The notes under the pieces are model-generated. The model saw only the letters and a program-made list of their open reading frames with translations, made no database searches and was not told the origin of the DNA. A program made the position numbers and the translations under genes. From Bugula neritina (taxonomy: Eukaryota; Animalia; Bryozoa): a DNA stretch of 64,000 bases. The stretch spans positions 1,736,001 to 1,800,000 of the forward strand of contig OZ037770.1 in assembly GCA_964035545.1 (NCBI GenBank). The letters are read 5' to 3'. How positions within the stretch are numbered: position 1 is the first letter of the stretch; every line of letters starts with the position of its first letter. Positions 1-13,167 of the stretch are shown here, in pieces.

Positions 1-105
1 ACACACACACACACACACACACACACCACACACACACACACACCACACACATGCACACACACATGCACGCACACACAACACACACACAACACACACACAC
101 AAACA

Positions 106-192
<87 letters not shown>
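1..192. repeat. (AC)n then (TA)n microsatellite
   Basis: Direct inspection. Confidence 0.95.
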
Positions 193-193
<1 letters not shown>

Positions 194-653
194 TAGTTCT
201 ATAGAAGAGCATAACTACAGGTAAGGCCAGTGTGCTAAGCAAAGGTCTAATGTTTTTGTGTGCCTCAAGCTAATATAAGCTATAAAAGAAAACAAGTGTT
301 GATTTTGCTATTTCAATAAATTATTTTGTTTTATATGTATACTTTTTAAACTTCGTTCATTGGTATAGTTGTTGAAAACTTTTTCTATGTATCATAAGTT
401 AAAAGTAGCTTAATTAAACTCACATCTCAAGTACAGTAATAGAGGTGATTTAACCACTATAAAACTTCCCAACACATATAATATAGCAATAGTATTTGTA
501 TTCGATATAATAACTCTATATTATTTCATGTCATCCACAGATTGTAAGCATGTGCAATTTATACAGAATACCATGTAAGCTTGACATTTTGTGTAATAAG
601 AGATATATTTTATTGCACTGGCTTATATATGCTTAAAAATGAAAAACAGTCTT

Positions 654-1364
654 ATATGGTAATTTGAAGTGGGGTGTGATTTTAATTGCAAATGGAATCT
701 AATTTTACCCACAGCATTCATAAGAGCAACAAAAATTATGCTTCCAAAACAAGAGTGTCCAGAGAAGTCGCCAACCTTGGGACAGCTTTTGATTTGTTCT
801 CGATTGTCAATCAAGTTTGCAGTCAATCTCAACTTACACCTCACCTGTAATATTACACCAATCTTAAAAGTTTAGAATTTACTTTTCACAAATTTGTAAA
901 GAAATTTCATGCTAGGGGTGTTTTCACAGAGTCAGCAATAATTATTTCTAATTTGACATTTTAAAAATATGGAATCATTAGAATTTATAATATTTTTCTG
1001 CCATCATTTATATATACATTTATTTGAATTCTATTTTACAGTTATCTGCATTCATTAGTTTTATTATATATGATTAGGATTTTTACAAAGGTACTTTTAA
1101 AGCTTTATAATAATTTGTATGCTAAAAAAAATAAAAATAGTATTATGATAATTTGAAGTCAGGCGTGATGATGATTGCAAAAAGAATGTGCTTTTCATCC
1201 ATAGTATTTACCGCAACATAACTTGCGCTTCCATAGCTACTCTTGTATTGTTCTATAAATTGTTGATAACCTTTGCAGTCTCAACCCACACCTCAGCTGT
1301 GATAATATATTAATTTAGACCTGGAATTTACTATCCACAATTTTGCCAAACTATTTCATGCTAA
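654..1364. repeat. Diverged direct duplication (~654-915 and ~1143-1364)
   Basis: Both units start TATG(G/A)TAATTTGAAGT...GTGAT...ATTGCAAA and end GAATTTACT...CACAA...ATTTCATGCTA. Confidence 0.6.
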
Positions 1365-1627
1365 GAATTGAAAAAAACTGATCGTGAATGTTGAAGTAAT
1401 AGCTCAGCCTATACAAAGTTTTGTTTGTGATTATTTTATTATTGAATTATCAATCAAACTGACTGTAAAACTACACTAAATTTTGTGATTTAAATAGATA
1501 TGCTGTTGTAGCAATTTTAAAACTACGTGACTTGAAAGGATTTATGAACAGTTTTATTTCATGTAACAAGAACGTTAGACACCATACATGTGCGCAGAAC
1601 GCACCAACTGGCATATAAGGAGGTTTC

Positions 1628-2005
<378 letters not shown>

Positions 2006-2135
2006 GTATATTATTACATATTATATATAAATGTAGCAGATTATCACATATTAATTAATTTAATGTCAAGTCATATATATCACATATAGAGTGCAACCAT
2101 AATATATCTATTGATTATGGTTTAACATAATTATA

Positions 2136-2891
2136 CACAGGATAGTTAAGGGCATCCTCACTAAGAATATCATAAATTTCTCTCAAAATGTAGTTCGGGT
2201 TCTTGAATAATATTGCTCTGTAGGTGGCATGCGTGTTGCCTACTTGTAATTGTTTAGCCTAAGATTAAACTACAACCAATAAGCAGCAACCTTCGTTAGG
2301 GCTGCGTTATCTATCAACATTCCATTATCGGTGCTACATAAACAAAGTACAAAGCAAGCTATTCATTATAGCCTGCCAGCTAGCTAGCCTGTAATTATTA
2401 TGTAGGCGCCAATATCTTCTCATCCCTACGTGCTCAGTGAAGCGTGAAGCGCTGCGCGTTGCTAGTTTCTTATGAGAAAATATGGCATTTTCAGTGTATA
2501 AATCACCAATTTATGAGCAATCTAGCAGAGTTATTAAAAAAAGAAAAAAACTTACACTGGAGAAATATCTCAGGATTCCAGCAGTGCAATTTTTATTCAG
2601 ATATCATGCTTTGCTGCTGAGATATTTTACTGGTACTGAAAAGTCAGCTTTTCAGGCAAAATTGGCCAAAATTGGGCAGTTTTTTGTCTATAACTTCGCA
2701 AAAAAAATGAAAATTGAAATTTCCAAAAAACTTACACTGGAGAAAAAGAAGATCTACAACATAGTTTTTAAATTTTGACTCTAGCACAATTAGGTGAGAT
2801 TTTATTTTACTGGTACTGAATTCTTATATGATTACAATGCAAACCTCAGCAAGGCAGTTGCAGCTAAAAGGTTGCCCTTAACTATCCTGTG
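2136..2891. mobile_element. Non-autonomous DNA transposon (Tc1/mariner-like MITE)
   Basis: Perfect TIR CACAGGATAGTTAAGGGCA ... TGCCCTTAACTATCCTGTG with TA on both flanks, an internal ~90-bp duplication and no transposase. Confidence 0.8.
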
Positions 2892-3747
2892 TATTCACTT
2901 GATTAGCTCTCATATTAATGCTTTACTTAGACTACAATGTATTTTATATTGGAAATCACTACAAGATAGAAAAACTTGATTATATCGAAAATTTCAATCT
3001 AATTGACTGAAATGCTGTTCTATCAATTGGTAATCTTTAGTTTGCCTCAGCTTTTCATACTTTATTAACTCTACTTGGGTGTCTCTGAGTCAAACTATAC
3101 CCATTTTACAAATTTTAGTTTGTAGAGACAACCCCTTCAATCATGTTGATATTTCTTAGTACTGACAACTCCTTATATACTTTCCTAGTTATTACATCAT
3201 GTTGTTACAGTGTTTGTCATTTAGGGTTTCTGCGTGATATATGCGTAGGCTACGAAGATAATATCATAATGAAGATATTTTGGCAAAAAATTGTTTATCA
3301 ACACATAATATCAATTATGATGAAACTAAACCAGGCTCTATGATTTTACATATAAATATAACTGAGCAATTCAATTAGGAATAAGAATCTAAAGCTATGA
3401 AGAAGTGAATTCTCTGTTATAAAATGACAAAATACTGATCATTTAAACTCTTGAGTTATCGTTGAAACATGGACCTGGTTACTAATACAGTTGAGGACGT
3501 GTCAATCACATTCAATCACATGAGTTCATAACATAAAAATATTCATATATCAAATAGAAAAATACATAATCAACAAATCATTGACTGAAAAAATATTACT
3601 TTTGTATTCACAGAAATAGCATTTCATTTCCCATATTAACATCAATTGTAAGCATCACATGTTGTCAAACAGCAAATCTCGCTGCGTAGAGGTTAAGTTC
3701 ATGTGTATACATGTAGAGGTCAATTTGAACAAGATAAAAAATATAGT

Positions 3748-6700
3748 TTATGTGCGTAGAGGTCGTTGAAGTGACTGGAAGCTCGCGTCACTCTCCAGTT
3801 CTTTCATTATTCTTAGACAGAGTTCTTCCTGATATGGGAGAGTCACAATCTGGGCCGCCATGGGTAGCCCCGCAGAGTTTGTAAGTCCCTGAAATATGAG
3901 CAAATACAATTGATTAGATGGTGAGCTGTTAGAATTAGAAATTGATTGATGTAGCACACTGTTTGGGGTCATTGAGTGTCTAGAGTGGTTTGGGAAAGTT
4001 GCCTTTATACCTTCGCGATTTTCAGTCAGACATTCAAATGGGCCGGGTTGAAATTACATTGCATTGTAAAAGCCACTCGTAAAAATTTTTCTATGGTGAT
4101 AACTCAATCGGCCGATTTCAGAATAATACTCAAAAGGAGTAATAACTCCTTGTGAACATTGTTATTTAGTTATGACTTTGGCGATTAGACGACGTACTTA
4201 TATGTTAATAGTTATATCGCCTACGCCTTTTCAATTATCGCTTTTATGCTGTCAACGTCACTAATTCACGACGTTTACAAAGGGCATCAAATAGCGATTA
4301 GGCGAGTCAGATTTCATTTTTAAAAAGCAAGCTTCCGCATTAATATGATTTCAACAATGTTCAGGTTGACTATAAATGGGGACTCGAACGAGTGCTATTA
4401 ACTGAAACTTGGTACTTTTTTTCAGTAGAAGTATAAACGCAACTTTAAAAGATGAAGTGTACACAAACCCTCCGAAGTGACCCCAACCTTTGTGCTGCAT
4501 TTAGAGAATTGTGAATATTCTAACCTAAATTATTTCAAACTCAATAACGGACAAGTTTTACTAGCAAGGTGACTAAGTTAAGTGAGGTGACACAACTCAC
4601 TTTTTTCAGTACCCCATGAAATATGTCTTTAGGAGGGAAATTCTCCTTGTCCACTTCTTCATCCGCAGACGTGACGCGTGTGACAGGAACCACTCCAGCT
4701 GGGAAGTTAAGGACATTCCAGGTCACACAGTAGGACACGGCAGCTGTGGTTGAGCAGAAACAGAAAACTGTTCATACGAATGTTTCATTTTCTTTTTATT
4801 GGCTTTAAAAATTACTCAATCTACTTTAAAATAAATCAAAATACATGTTCAGTAAAAGATCCTTGTAAGAAAGGTTGAGCTGCTTGAGTATATTACCAGA
4901 TTCATAAGCGATATTCACTGTTGAGGATTTGTGCCAAAAGAGAGCACCAAACTACAATTTGTTGATTTCATTTATGTTAGTGTTGAGTAAACGATTTTTC
5001 AACATCCATAAAAAATAACAGTAGAATTGAGCAAGTACAAAGTATATTCAATATCACCATAGTAACACATGTGATACAGCATACTACAGTGTATGTTTAC
5101 TCATTTCCACCATGGTAACACAAGTGATATATTCTTACACTATTACTATGGTAACACTATCGCCATGGTAACACTATCGCCATGGTAACACTATCGCCAT
5201 GGTAACACCATCACCATGGTAACACTATCACCATGGCAACACAGTTATTCTTACATTTAGCTAGTTGAGGGTCCCTAAGAGGCATGGCTGGTACTGGCAT
5301 TGGAGGACATAGAACTGCGTCAATTCCTTCAGATTTCCAGTCTGAGATGACTGAATGCATGTATTCCTACAGTATAATATCACTATTACATATTATATGT
5401 ATATATTCCTACAGTATAATATCACTATTATATACTATATGTATATATTCCTACAGTATAATATCACTATTACATATTATATGTATATATTCCTACAGTA
5501 TAATATCACTATTATATATTATATGTATATATTCCTACAGTATAATATCACTATTATATACTATATGTATATATTCCTACAGTATAATATCACTATTATA
5601 TACTATATGTATATATTCCTACAGTATAATATCACTATTATATATTATATGTATATATTCCTACAGTATAATATTACTATTATATATTATATATTCCTAC
5701 AGTATAATATTACTATTATATATTATATGTATATATTCCTACAGTATAATATTACTATTATATATTATTATATGTATATATCCCTACAGTATAATATCAC
5801 TATTGTATATTATATGTATATATTCCTACAGTATAATATTACTATTATATATTATATGTATATATTCCTACAGTATAATATCACTATTATATATTATATG
5901 TATATATTCCTACAGTATAATATTACTATTATATATTATTATATGTATATATCCCTACAGTATAATATCACTATTATATATTATATGTATATATTCCTAC
6001 AGTATATTATCACTACAAAATATGATATATAATTTCAATTATAGCAGAAAGATAGCATAAAAAAGTGCGGTACACTATCAATGTATATAATACTTTAGCG
6101 GGACAATAGCATTTTATGGTAGCTAGTAAAATAAGTGCTTGACAATAATGAGATGCAAACCAAACAAACAAGAGAGAACAATTTTCAATTATAACTAAAT
6201 TTTCCTACTTTCAAAACTGAGGGAAACTGCAGTACTTTCTGCAAATTTTGTTATATAGATAACAGCCATTACATGTATAATGATTTCGTAAAACGCTTTC
6301 TACTGGGATTGTCAAAAGAAATGTTTTCCGCAGATAAACATACTTGTAATTCTCTCTGTAGAATGCACCAGTCATTGACTGAGGCCACGCCCTCATTCTT
6401 CTTTATCACTTCGGCAGCATAATCTACTACCTGAAGAATAAACAAGACTATTCAAGAGTTACTTTCTACCCAATAAAGAAACTGCAACGGTCAGCATGGC
6501 CTTTTGTAACTCATCCAGTTAGTAAAAACAAATAGAAAACCCAAGTATTTAAAATGCATTCATAAACTAGTTATACCTTGTCAAAGCTATTGTCAAATGT
6601 TGACCTTGAGATATATATTTGTTTTCCATATAATTAGCACACCTGTTTTGAGCTGTTATGTTAACCAACACATCTTGTAAACTAGCTAGTTATATATGTG

Positions 6701-9700
6701 TTTGTTCTAGACTTGGCCTAGCCATGGTAGGTCAAGTGCTAGAGGCGTGACCAGTGTCAGTTTTATAGAACTAGTAGAGCCAATCAGGTAATACAGTTAT
6801 TTTTAATTATTACTATATAATATCTTCGCATTTTAATATAATATGAAATCTTAATTGTTTGACCATAGATTGCATGGTGACTTATTATACGACATCTTTG
6901 CATATTTTTACTAACATGTTGTTTTATACATTACTATTATAGTTTTCACGCTGCCTTATATAGCATCTGTCGAGACTTACGGCTCCAATAAAGTACTATC
7001 AACACCATAACAGAACAGAAACTATTGTAAATATTCCGACCCTTCACCACTTTGTTTCTTTCTTTTAATAAAATGAAAAAAGCAATAGAAATCCTATCTC
7101 AGACTTACAGTGAAGGATATTAGTTTGTTGAGAGCCTTCTTTAGTAAAAGAGGTAGACTAAGTAGCTTGATCAGGGGACTAATATCATGACTCAGTTCGT
7201 CGCCATAGCTACAGGATAAACAAACATTCAACATAGGTTAATTATAGCACATATGTTAGTTCATTAAAGTCTATAGACTTCTTGTGACTTTTCAAAACAT
7301 ATGTTATACAAATGTTAGAACAAAGAAACAGTTAAACTAAAATTTACACAAATTCAAAGTACTAAAGATTCTGCACAATTGAATATTACAGGGCAATTCT
7401 CAAATGCAACTTCAATGGCTATTCAATTGGAAAACAATTATATCAACCTGAACTGATGTGTTTTAAAACACAGCCAACCATAATTCACACAGAAGCCCAA
7501 ATTTTAAAAACTTTCATGAAAAAAACGAGACAATCTTTTGTCTAAAATATAATTAAATTAAATTATTCATGATCGCTCGTGTCTAAATTCATTTCTGCAT
7601 TAGAACAGGATATGACATCACAACGCTGGCTGAGAAATAGACTGAGAGCTCTGATGCACTTACAGCAGATTAAGGAGGTGGGCTCCACCGTCCCCAAACA
7701 CAGCAGCTGGGAAGAACTTAGTGGAGCAGAGCTCAGCGTCTCTCAACTCATAAGGTACAATCTGAAACAAAGTTGATTGGGTGAGACTACTCCAGAAAGA
7801 AGAAATAAATAGACAAAAATAAAAGTAATTGAAACTTGCTAAAGTATTCATCTAGTCTCCTTTTAATCACCGCGAGATTTTTTTGTATTTTCTATTTAAA
7901 TTAAATCTCATTATAATAAAAGTGATTCAGAATACGACTCAACAGTATAATTTAATAAATATACCCGAGTGAATAGCTCATCTACAGCCAACATCTTTAC
8001 AAAGTTTTCAAATATATTTGCAAAGTTGTGGGAATAAATATCAACAAGTCAAATAATTGTTGTCCAGCTGATTTGTAAAAAACAACAACACACCCCTACC
8101 CCTTCTTATACCAATACACCCTCTACCCCTCATCCTATCTGTGCATATAATTCTACCTTATGACCTCGACTGGCCAGTATATCCGCTGCCTCCTTCACAG
8201 CTCTCTTGGCAGCAGCACAGACCTCTACAGGCCCTGCAGTGTAGTACACTCCTATAGTTAGAGGTCGTTGGGAGAGAAGCTCCTATCACATACAGCAAAG
8301 TATATTAAACACAGCATCTGATTGGACGTAAGCATGGTGTCTATCTGTGAAGGGCCATTGGTGATGTTAGGAAGAGCATCCAGTCATAATTGCTCCTGTC
8401 CCCCATCTGAATTTAAGTATTTAGCTCTCTTCAAAAAACCCTTTCTATCAGAGATTTTCACACAGGGATGGCGACTATAAACTTGCATGAGTTTTTTGGT
8501 GTCTATTTGTGGAAATACGCTGAGTCATAATTATGAGTCATACAGAGTGAATTAGAGTACAATCATAAATATTAAAAATAGAGTTCTAGGTACACATATT
8601 TCCCTTAGAATTTAGGCTAAGTCTCAACTTTCAAGGAAGAAAGAGAAGGTGGCAAGAGCATAGCGGTAGCACGCTAATCATACCTCTTCGTTAAAAGATT
8701 GTTGAGGAATGGAGGGATCTTCTAGGAACATCTGTTTGCTGGAGAATGCACGCATAGCCATGATGAGTCCGTCCACTGTAGAGGCGAGTGGTCCAGCCGT
8801 GGCTTTCACTGTGACAGAATATATAATTCTTAAACCCAGGTGTGTTATACTTCACTATTTATTGTTGAACTCACAATTAACAGTATATAATTAGTTATGA
8901 GTGTATTCAGTGGCCAGCAAACACTTTTCTTATTGACCAAGACTGCTCTAAACTTAGTATGGAATATCATGACATAGATTTGCACATTTAGCAACTAACT
9001 AAAGAACTTTTCATTAAATATATAGTGGAGGATAACATTTTTATTAATGGTTTCCCAAGTCAATGCTTCTCTGGAAGATATAGAACCATCAAATATAGAG
9101 GGGCACATGGGGCAGAGATAGCATTTTCAACACCTTAAATAATATTTCATTTTAAATAATTCAACATAGTTCTGACTTTTTTTTTCAATTTTGTTCACAT
9201 GCCTACTTATTAAAGCCAGTATTTATACCAAAATTCGCAACATGATTTCATGTTTGCGATATGTAATAATTCAATCAACCAATGAGACAAACTTCCTGCC
9301 GCAGCAGAATGTATAAAAAACAGTTTTAGGAATTTTTAGGAACATAAAATGAGAAGTTTTTGTCATTGAAAATCATGAAAAAAACAATTTTACATAATCA
9401 TGGTCAAGTAAGGAGGTAACACCGAGACACCCTTGCTAAGAAAGATAATCATACATGAACTTAGGCTAAGAGTTACATTGAGCTACAAATACGCACACAT
9501 AGTTTGTCCCGGGTTAGAGGTATGTCTCCCCACAGCAGATATCCTTCCAGCTGTTGGCTTGATTCCTGTAACACCATTCCACGATGCGGGGATCCTGATA
9601 CTCCCCCCGATATCACTGCCTAGACCAAACACTGAAGAACCAGAGGCTATAGCAGCACCTTCACCTGCAAATCAATACAGGATATTGAGATACATAATAA

Positions 9701-12700
9701 ATAAATGGAAACGTTGGATAAATGCTATAAGCTATCAACTATAATATACGCAAAAAACAAAGCATAGTAATGCAATAACAGGTTTGACGTAGCTGAGTTC
9801 CTTAAGCAGAATAGAAACATTAAGGGACCTCCTGAAGAGCCCCCGGGTTCTCTCTTAGCATTCCACGGATTGGTGGTTACTCCGTATATGGGGTTAGCGC
9901 AGGAGAATGAGAGGAGACCCTGCGGCACATTCGTTGTTATGAAAGGTATGGCACCCAAATCTTTCAGCACCTGCAAGAACATGTCAGGTATGACATGATA
10001 GGATGTGTCAGTCAAAACACTCCTCATTGAGTGTCATAGAACTGACTGCAATGTTATTGTGGAGTTTTCATGCACTGCATGTAATGTAATGGTTATCAGT
10101 TATTTTAATTATTATTAAAAAATTATATTTTATGCAAATATTCTGTACTGGTCAAATTAAAAGAGAAATATTAGTAGTAGTCATATTTTTTCCTGTTGGT
10201 TTATTTATATCAAGCTGTGTTTTCAGCGAGAAATAAATAAATTAAATTGGTGCTAAATTTATCAAAATTAATAAAAGTAAAACTAAACTAGTTCGACAGT
10301 GACTGCAGTGTATTCAGTTCGACTGCCATTATATAACTTTATTCGGCATGAACAATGAATAAGCGGGAGGGGTGGTGGTACCTGAGGTTATTGCGGTTAC
10401 CTGAACTCTCGGGCTATTCTTCTCAGAGATGAAACCAAGTCTACGAGTACAGCCTAAAGTTGCGCAATATCCCTCAACGTCTTCGTTCTCCTTCACACTC
10501 AGCGGTACCCCAAAAAGAGGCTTACTTCCTCTTTCAGAGACTGGAATGGCATCCAGTTGTCTTGCGTACTCCTGAAAAAAAGCTTCCACATGAAAACAAA
10601 AATATTCCTGAGAAAATTGTCATCTACAAATGAAAGTCTAAAATAGTTCATCGTGAAAAATATTAAACTAACAAAAAATTATAATATAAATATATTATTT
10701 ACTGTGTAACATTTTTTATACCTCAACATCAAAAGATATATTCACTGAGAACGGCTTGAAAACACAAGCATTGAAGGTGAAGGTTGGCATACTGATTCAC
10801 AAGAGAGCAATGCTGGTATTTAAACACTCACAAAAAGCAAATTATACCCAAGACATATTTTAGCATGGTCAATGTTTTGCATCGAAAAATAAATATTTAT
10901 TGTGTTGTTGTTTATGGTATCACATTGGTTTACAAATACAGTAAAGTGTCATATGGGTATCAGCTACTCAGTAATTAAAATCAAGTTGTCAGTCTATGAA
11001 TTAGCAGTCATCTAGCATGATAGCTTAGAAGGTGACACAATTACTGACCAGTTGGGACAAAGTCTGACAGAATATTTTACTAGTTGACAGATTAACTGGC
11101 AAGTTGACAAAATCCCCAACTAAATGATACATTAACTGACTAGATGACGCAATAGTTGAGACATTGATCAACCAACTGACACAATTACTGACCAGATGAT
11201 ACAATGACTGACTAGTTGAGACATTAACTAATTGACACACTATTTGACAAATTAGCTAACACAATCTTTTACTAGTTAACATATTAGCTGACAAGTTGAC
11301 ACAATTACCGACTAGGTGACACAATAACTGACTAGTTGACACATTAACTAGCTGACACACTAGTTGACACACTAGCTGACACAATACCTAGCTGACACAT
11401 TAACTAGTTGACACACTAGCTGACACATTAACTAGCTGACACATTAGTTGACACATTAACTAGCTGACACATTAGCTGACACAATGCCTGACCTCAACAT
11501 CGTTGGCATCGATTGGCATACAGATGAAGTTGAAGCTTTGGTTTTCAATGGCAGCTTTTCGCTGAAACGCTCTGACCACGGTCACAACTTTCAGCTCTCC
11601 ATCTTTAAGAGACTTTGTGAGATCGGCAAACTTCATGGAAGTTATCCGATCTACTTCCTCCAGTGTGATTCGCTACACAAACGGGAAAAGAAAATAAAAT
11701 TAGTGAGGTTTTTAAAAAGGAAAATAGTGATATTAGATATCTCATACATACCTACTGTTTCTATAGTGACATTGGCTACACTTGCTTATATTGTAAACTT
11801 GATTTCTTTCTATGATTTCCCAAAAATCGATTTACAAACAACAGTTATACAAATTCTATAGCTCTTGATACTACAACATTAATTATTTAGTATAACGCAA
11901 CTTCAAAAAACACGTTTCCAAATGCAAAAAGAGCAAGGAAGCTAAATATTCTATCACTTTATGCTACATGATTATATTTAAAACTACCATTCCTGTATAT
12001 CATCTAGTGCTATACAAATGTGTGGTAGTGGAGTATCTCCCATTTCTATACCACACAAAGGAGGCTATGTTGTAACCATGACAACAAATCTAAACAACCT
12101 CCTCATAAAAACTTACAGAGTCTGAGTCCACTATCTCACACCACCTGGCTCTAGCTTTCTGAATTTGTATTTTGTAAGCTTCGCGCTTTTTCTTGAGCTT
12201 ACGCTTAATGATAACAAAATCAGTGAGTTTCCACAAAGCATATGTCACCTGTAAGTAAAAACAGAGTAAGTTATACTACATACAAGTAGAGGGATAGCAC
12301 AGTAACTTACACAATGTGTAAGTTAAGAGAAGTAACTACTACAGACTAATACCCTCAAGAACCTCATTACATGACCTAAGTGTAAATTGAAAATCGTAGT
12401 GAAAACATTTGTATTTTGGAGCCAAATAAGTACTGAATATCAGCAGTTATCATATAAACTCTTAGTTCACGCATTTCTAGAACCGCAAGCAAGAAAATTG
12501 CATCTTCCAGTAAATAATGCAGTTTACAGGCCTAGCCACACGCTGGTGAGAATCTCACGAAACTCGGTGACGATTTTCGTGAGTTATCCTCTCGTTATGA
12601 CCAGCCACACACTCGTAGGACGAAACACATAATGAATAGTCATTGAATGAGTCTTGCACGAGATACAAACAGGAAAAAATTGTAAACAGAGAAACATGGT

Positions 12701-13167
12701 AGAAATGAAATAATTACTGTTGCTAAAATTATATTGACCAATCAAATGGTGCTTATCGTTAATCGGGATTTTTCATCCATCGTCTTCTTGGGTGCACCCA
12801 ACGAAGACGATTTCGTTTGAATTTCCTCAAAAGTTGATCGTACGTTTGTGTTTTCGTGTCAAAGAGACAATTTCCATGTGATTCTCACGAGTGTGTGGCT
12901 AGGCCTAACATGGGTGGTATCAAAATAAATTTATAACCAACAATTTATCTGTTTATTCAAAAGATCAAAATTTGCATAGCTGTACTGATAAGAAAGTGCC
13001 CCACATTATGACATTCTTGTTGTAGCATTACACATTGCCAAACTTACGGCAGCGGCAGCAATCACAGTGGGCAGATTGTTCTGTATGCCTGTGTATAATC
13101 CATAACTCTTCATCATATCCCTCATGCTGTCAGTCATCGCCCAGGTCAGCTTAGACCACGCAGCCAT
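3748..13167 (-). CDS. FAAH: Fatty-acid amide hydrolase 1-like amidase (amidase signature family), 14 coding exons, 614 aa
   Basis: Exons (minus): 13167-13048, 12248-12117, 11672-11493, 10571-10401, 9970-9829, 9664-9497, 8808-8684, 8282-8157, 7761-7664, 7208-7109, 6430-6344, 5366-5255, 4743-4601, 3888-3748. All introns are GT-AG with matching phases (1845 nt). Motifs: [11 protein letters not shown] (catalytic Lys), PGGSSGGEGA and [11 protein letters not shown] (Ser-cisSer-Lys triad), an N-terminal hydrophobic anchor followed by basic residues, [13 protein letters not shown] and GLPMAAQIV. An acceptor just before the ATG implies an upstream UTR exon. Confidence 0.9.
3997..4444. mobile_element. 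PIF/Harbinger-like MITE, copy 1 (last FAAH intron)
   Basis: TIR AGTTGC(C/G)TTTATAC ... GTATAAACGCAACT; homologous in inverted orientation to 49310-49756. Confidence 0.8.
5053..5242. repeat. 17-bp minisatellite (CACTATCRCCATGGTAA)
   Basis: About 6 tandem units at 5141-5242 plus 2 degenerate upstream units. Confidence 0.85.
5362..6016. repeat. 42-bp minisatellite, ~16 copies
   Basis: Unit TATTCCTACAGTATAATATCACTATTATATATTATATGTATA; it explains the spurious ORFs 5284-6060 and 5355-6032. Confidence 0.95.
8328..8497 (+). mobile_element. SINE family copy (5' degenerate)
   Basis: Same core and 3' end as 34119-34330. Confidence 0.75.
11030..11484. repeat. Degenerate minisatellite (ACTAG(T/C)TGACAC units)
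   Basis: Repeated ACTAGTTGACACATTA / ACTAGCTGACAC units ending next to the FAAH exon 3 donor. Confidence 0.85.
12528..12906. mobile_element. MITE with ~27-bp TIRs (Harbinger-like termini)
   Basis: AGGCCTAGCCACACGCTGGTGAGAATC ... GATTCTCACGAGTGTGTGGCTAGGCCT; target-site duplication not clean. Confidence 0.75.

Noticed and set aside
5362-6016. CRISPR-like appearance of the regular repeats
   Set aside because: No unique spacers, eukaryotic intron context and no cas genes.
5284-6060. 258-aa and 225-aa plus-strand repeat ORFs
   Set aside because: Artefacts of the 42-bp minisatellite, antisense to a FAAH exon and intron.
9433-11861. Plus-strand ORFs 9433-9744 and 11484-11861
   Set aside because: Antisense shadows of FAAH exons.
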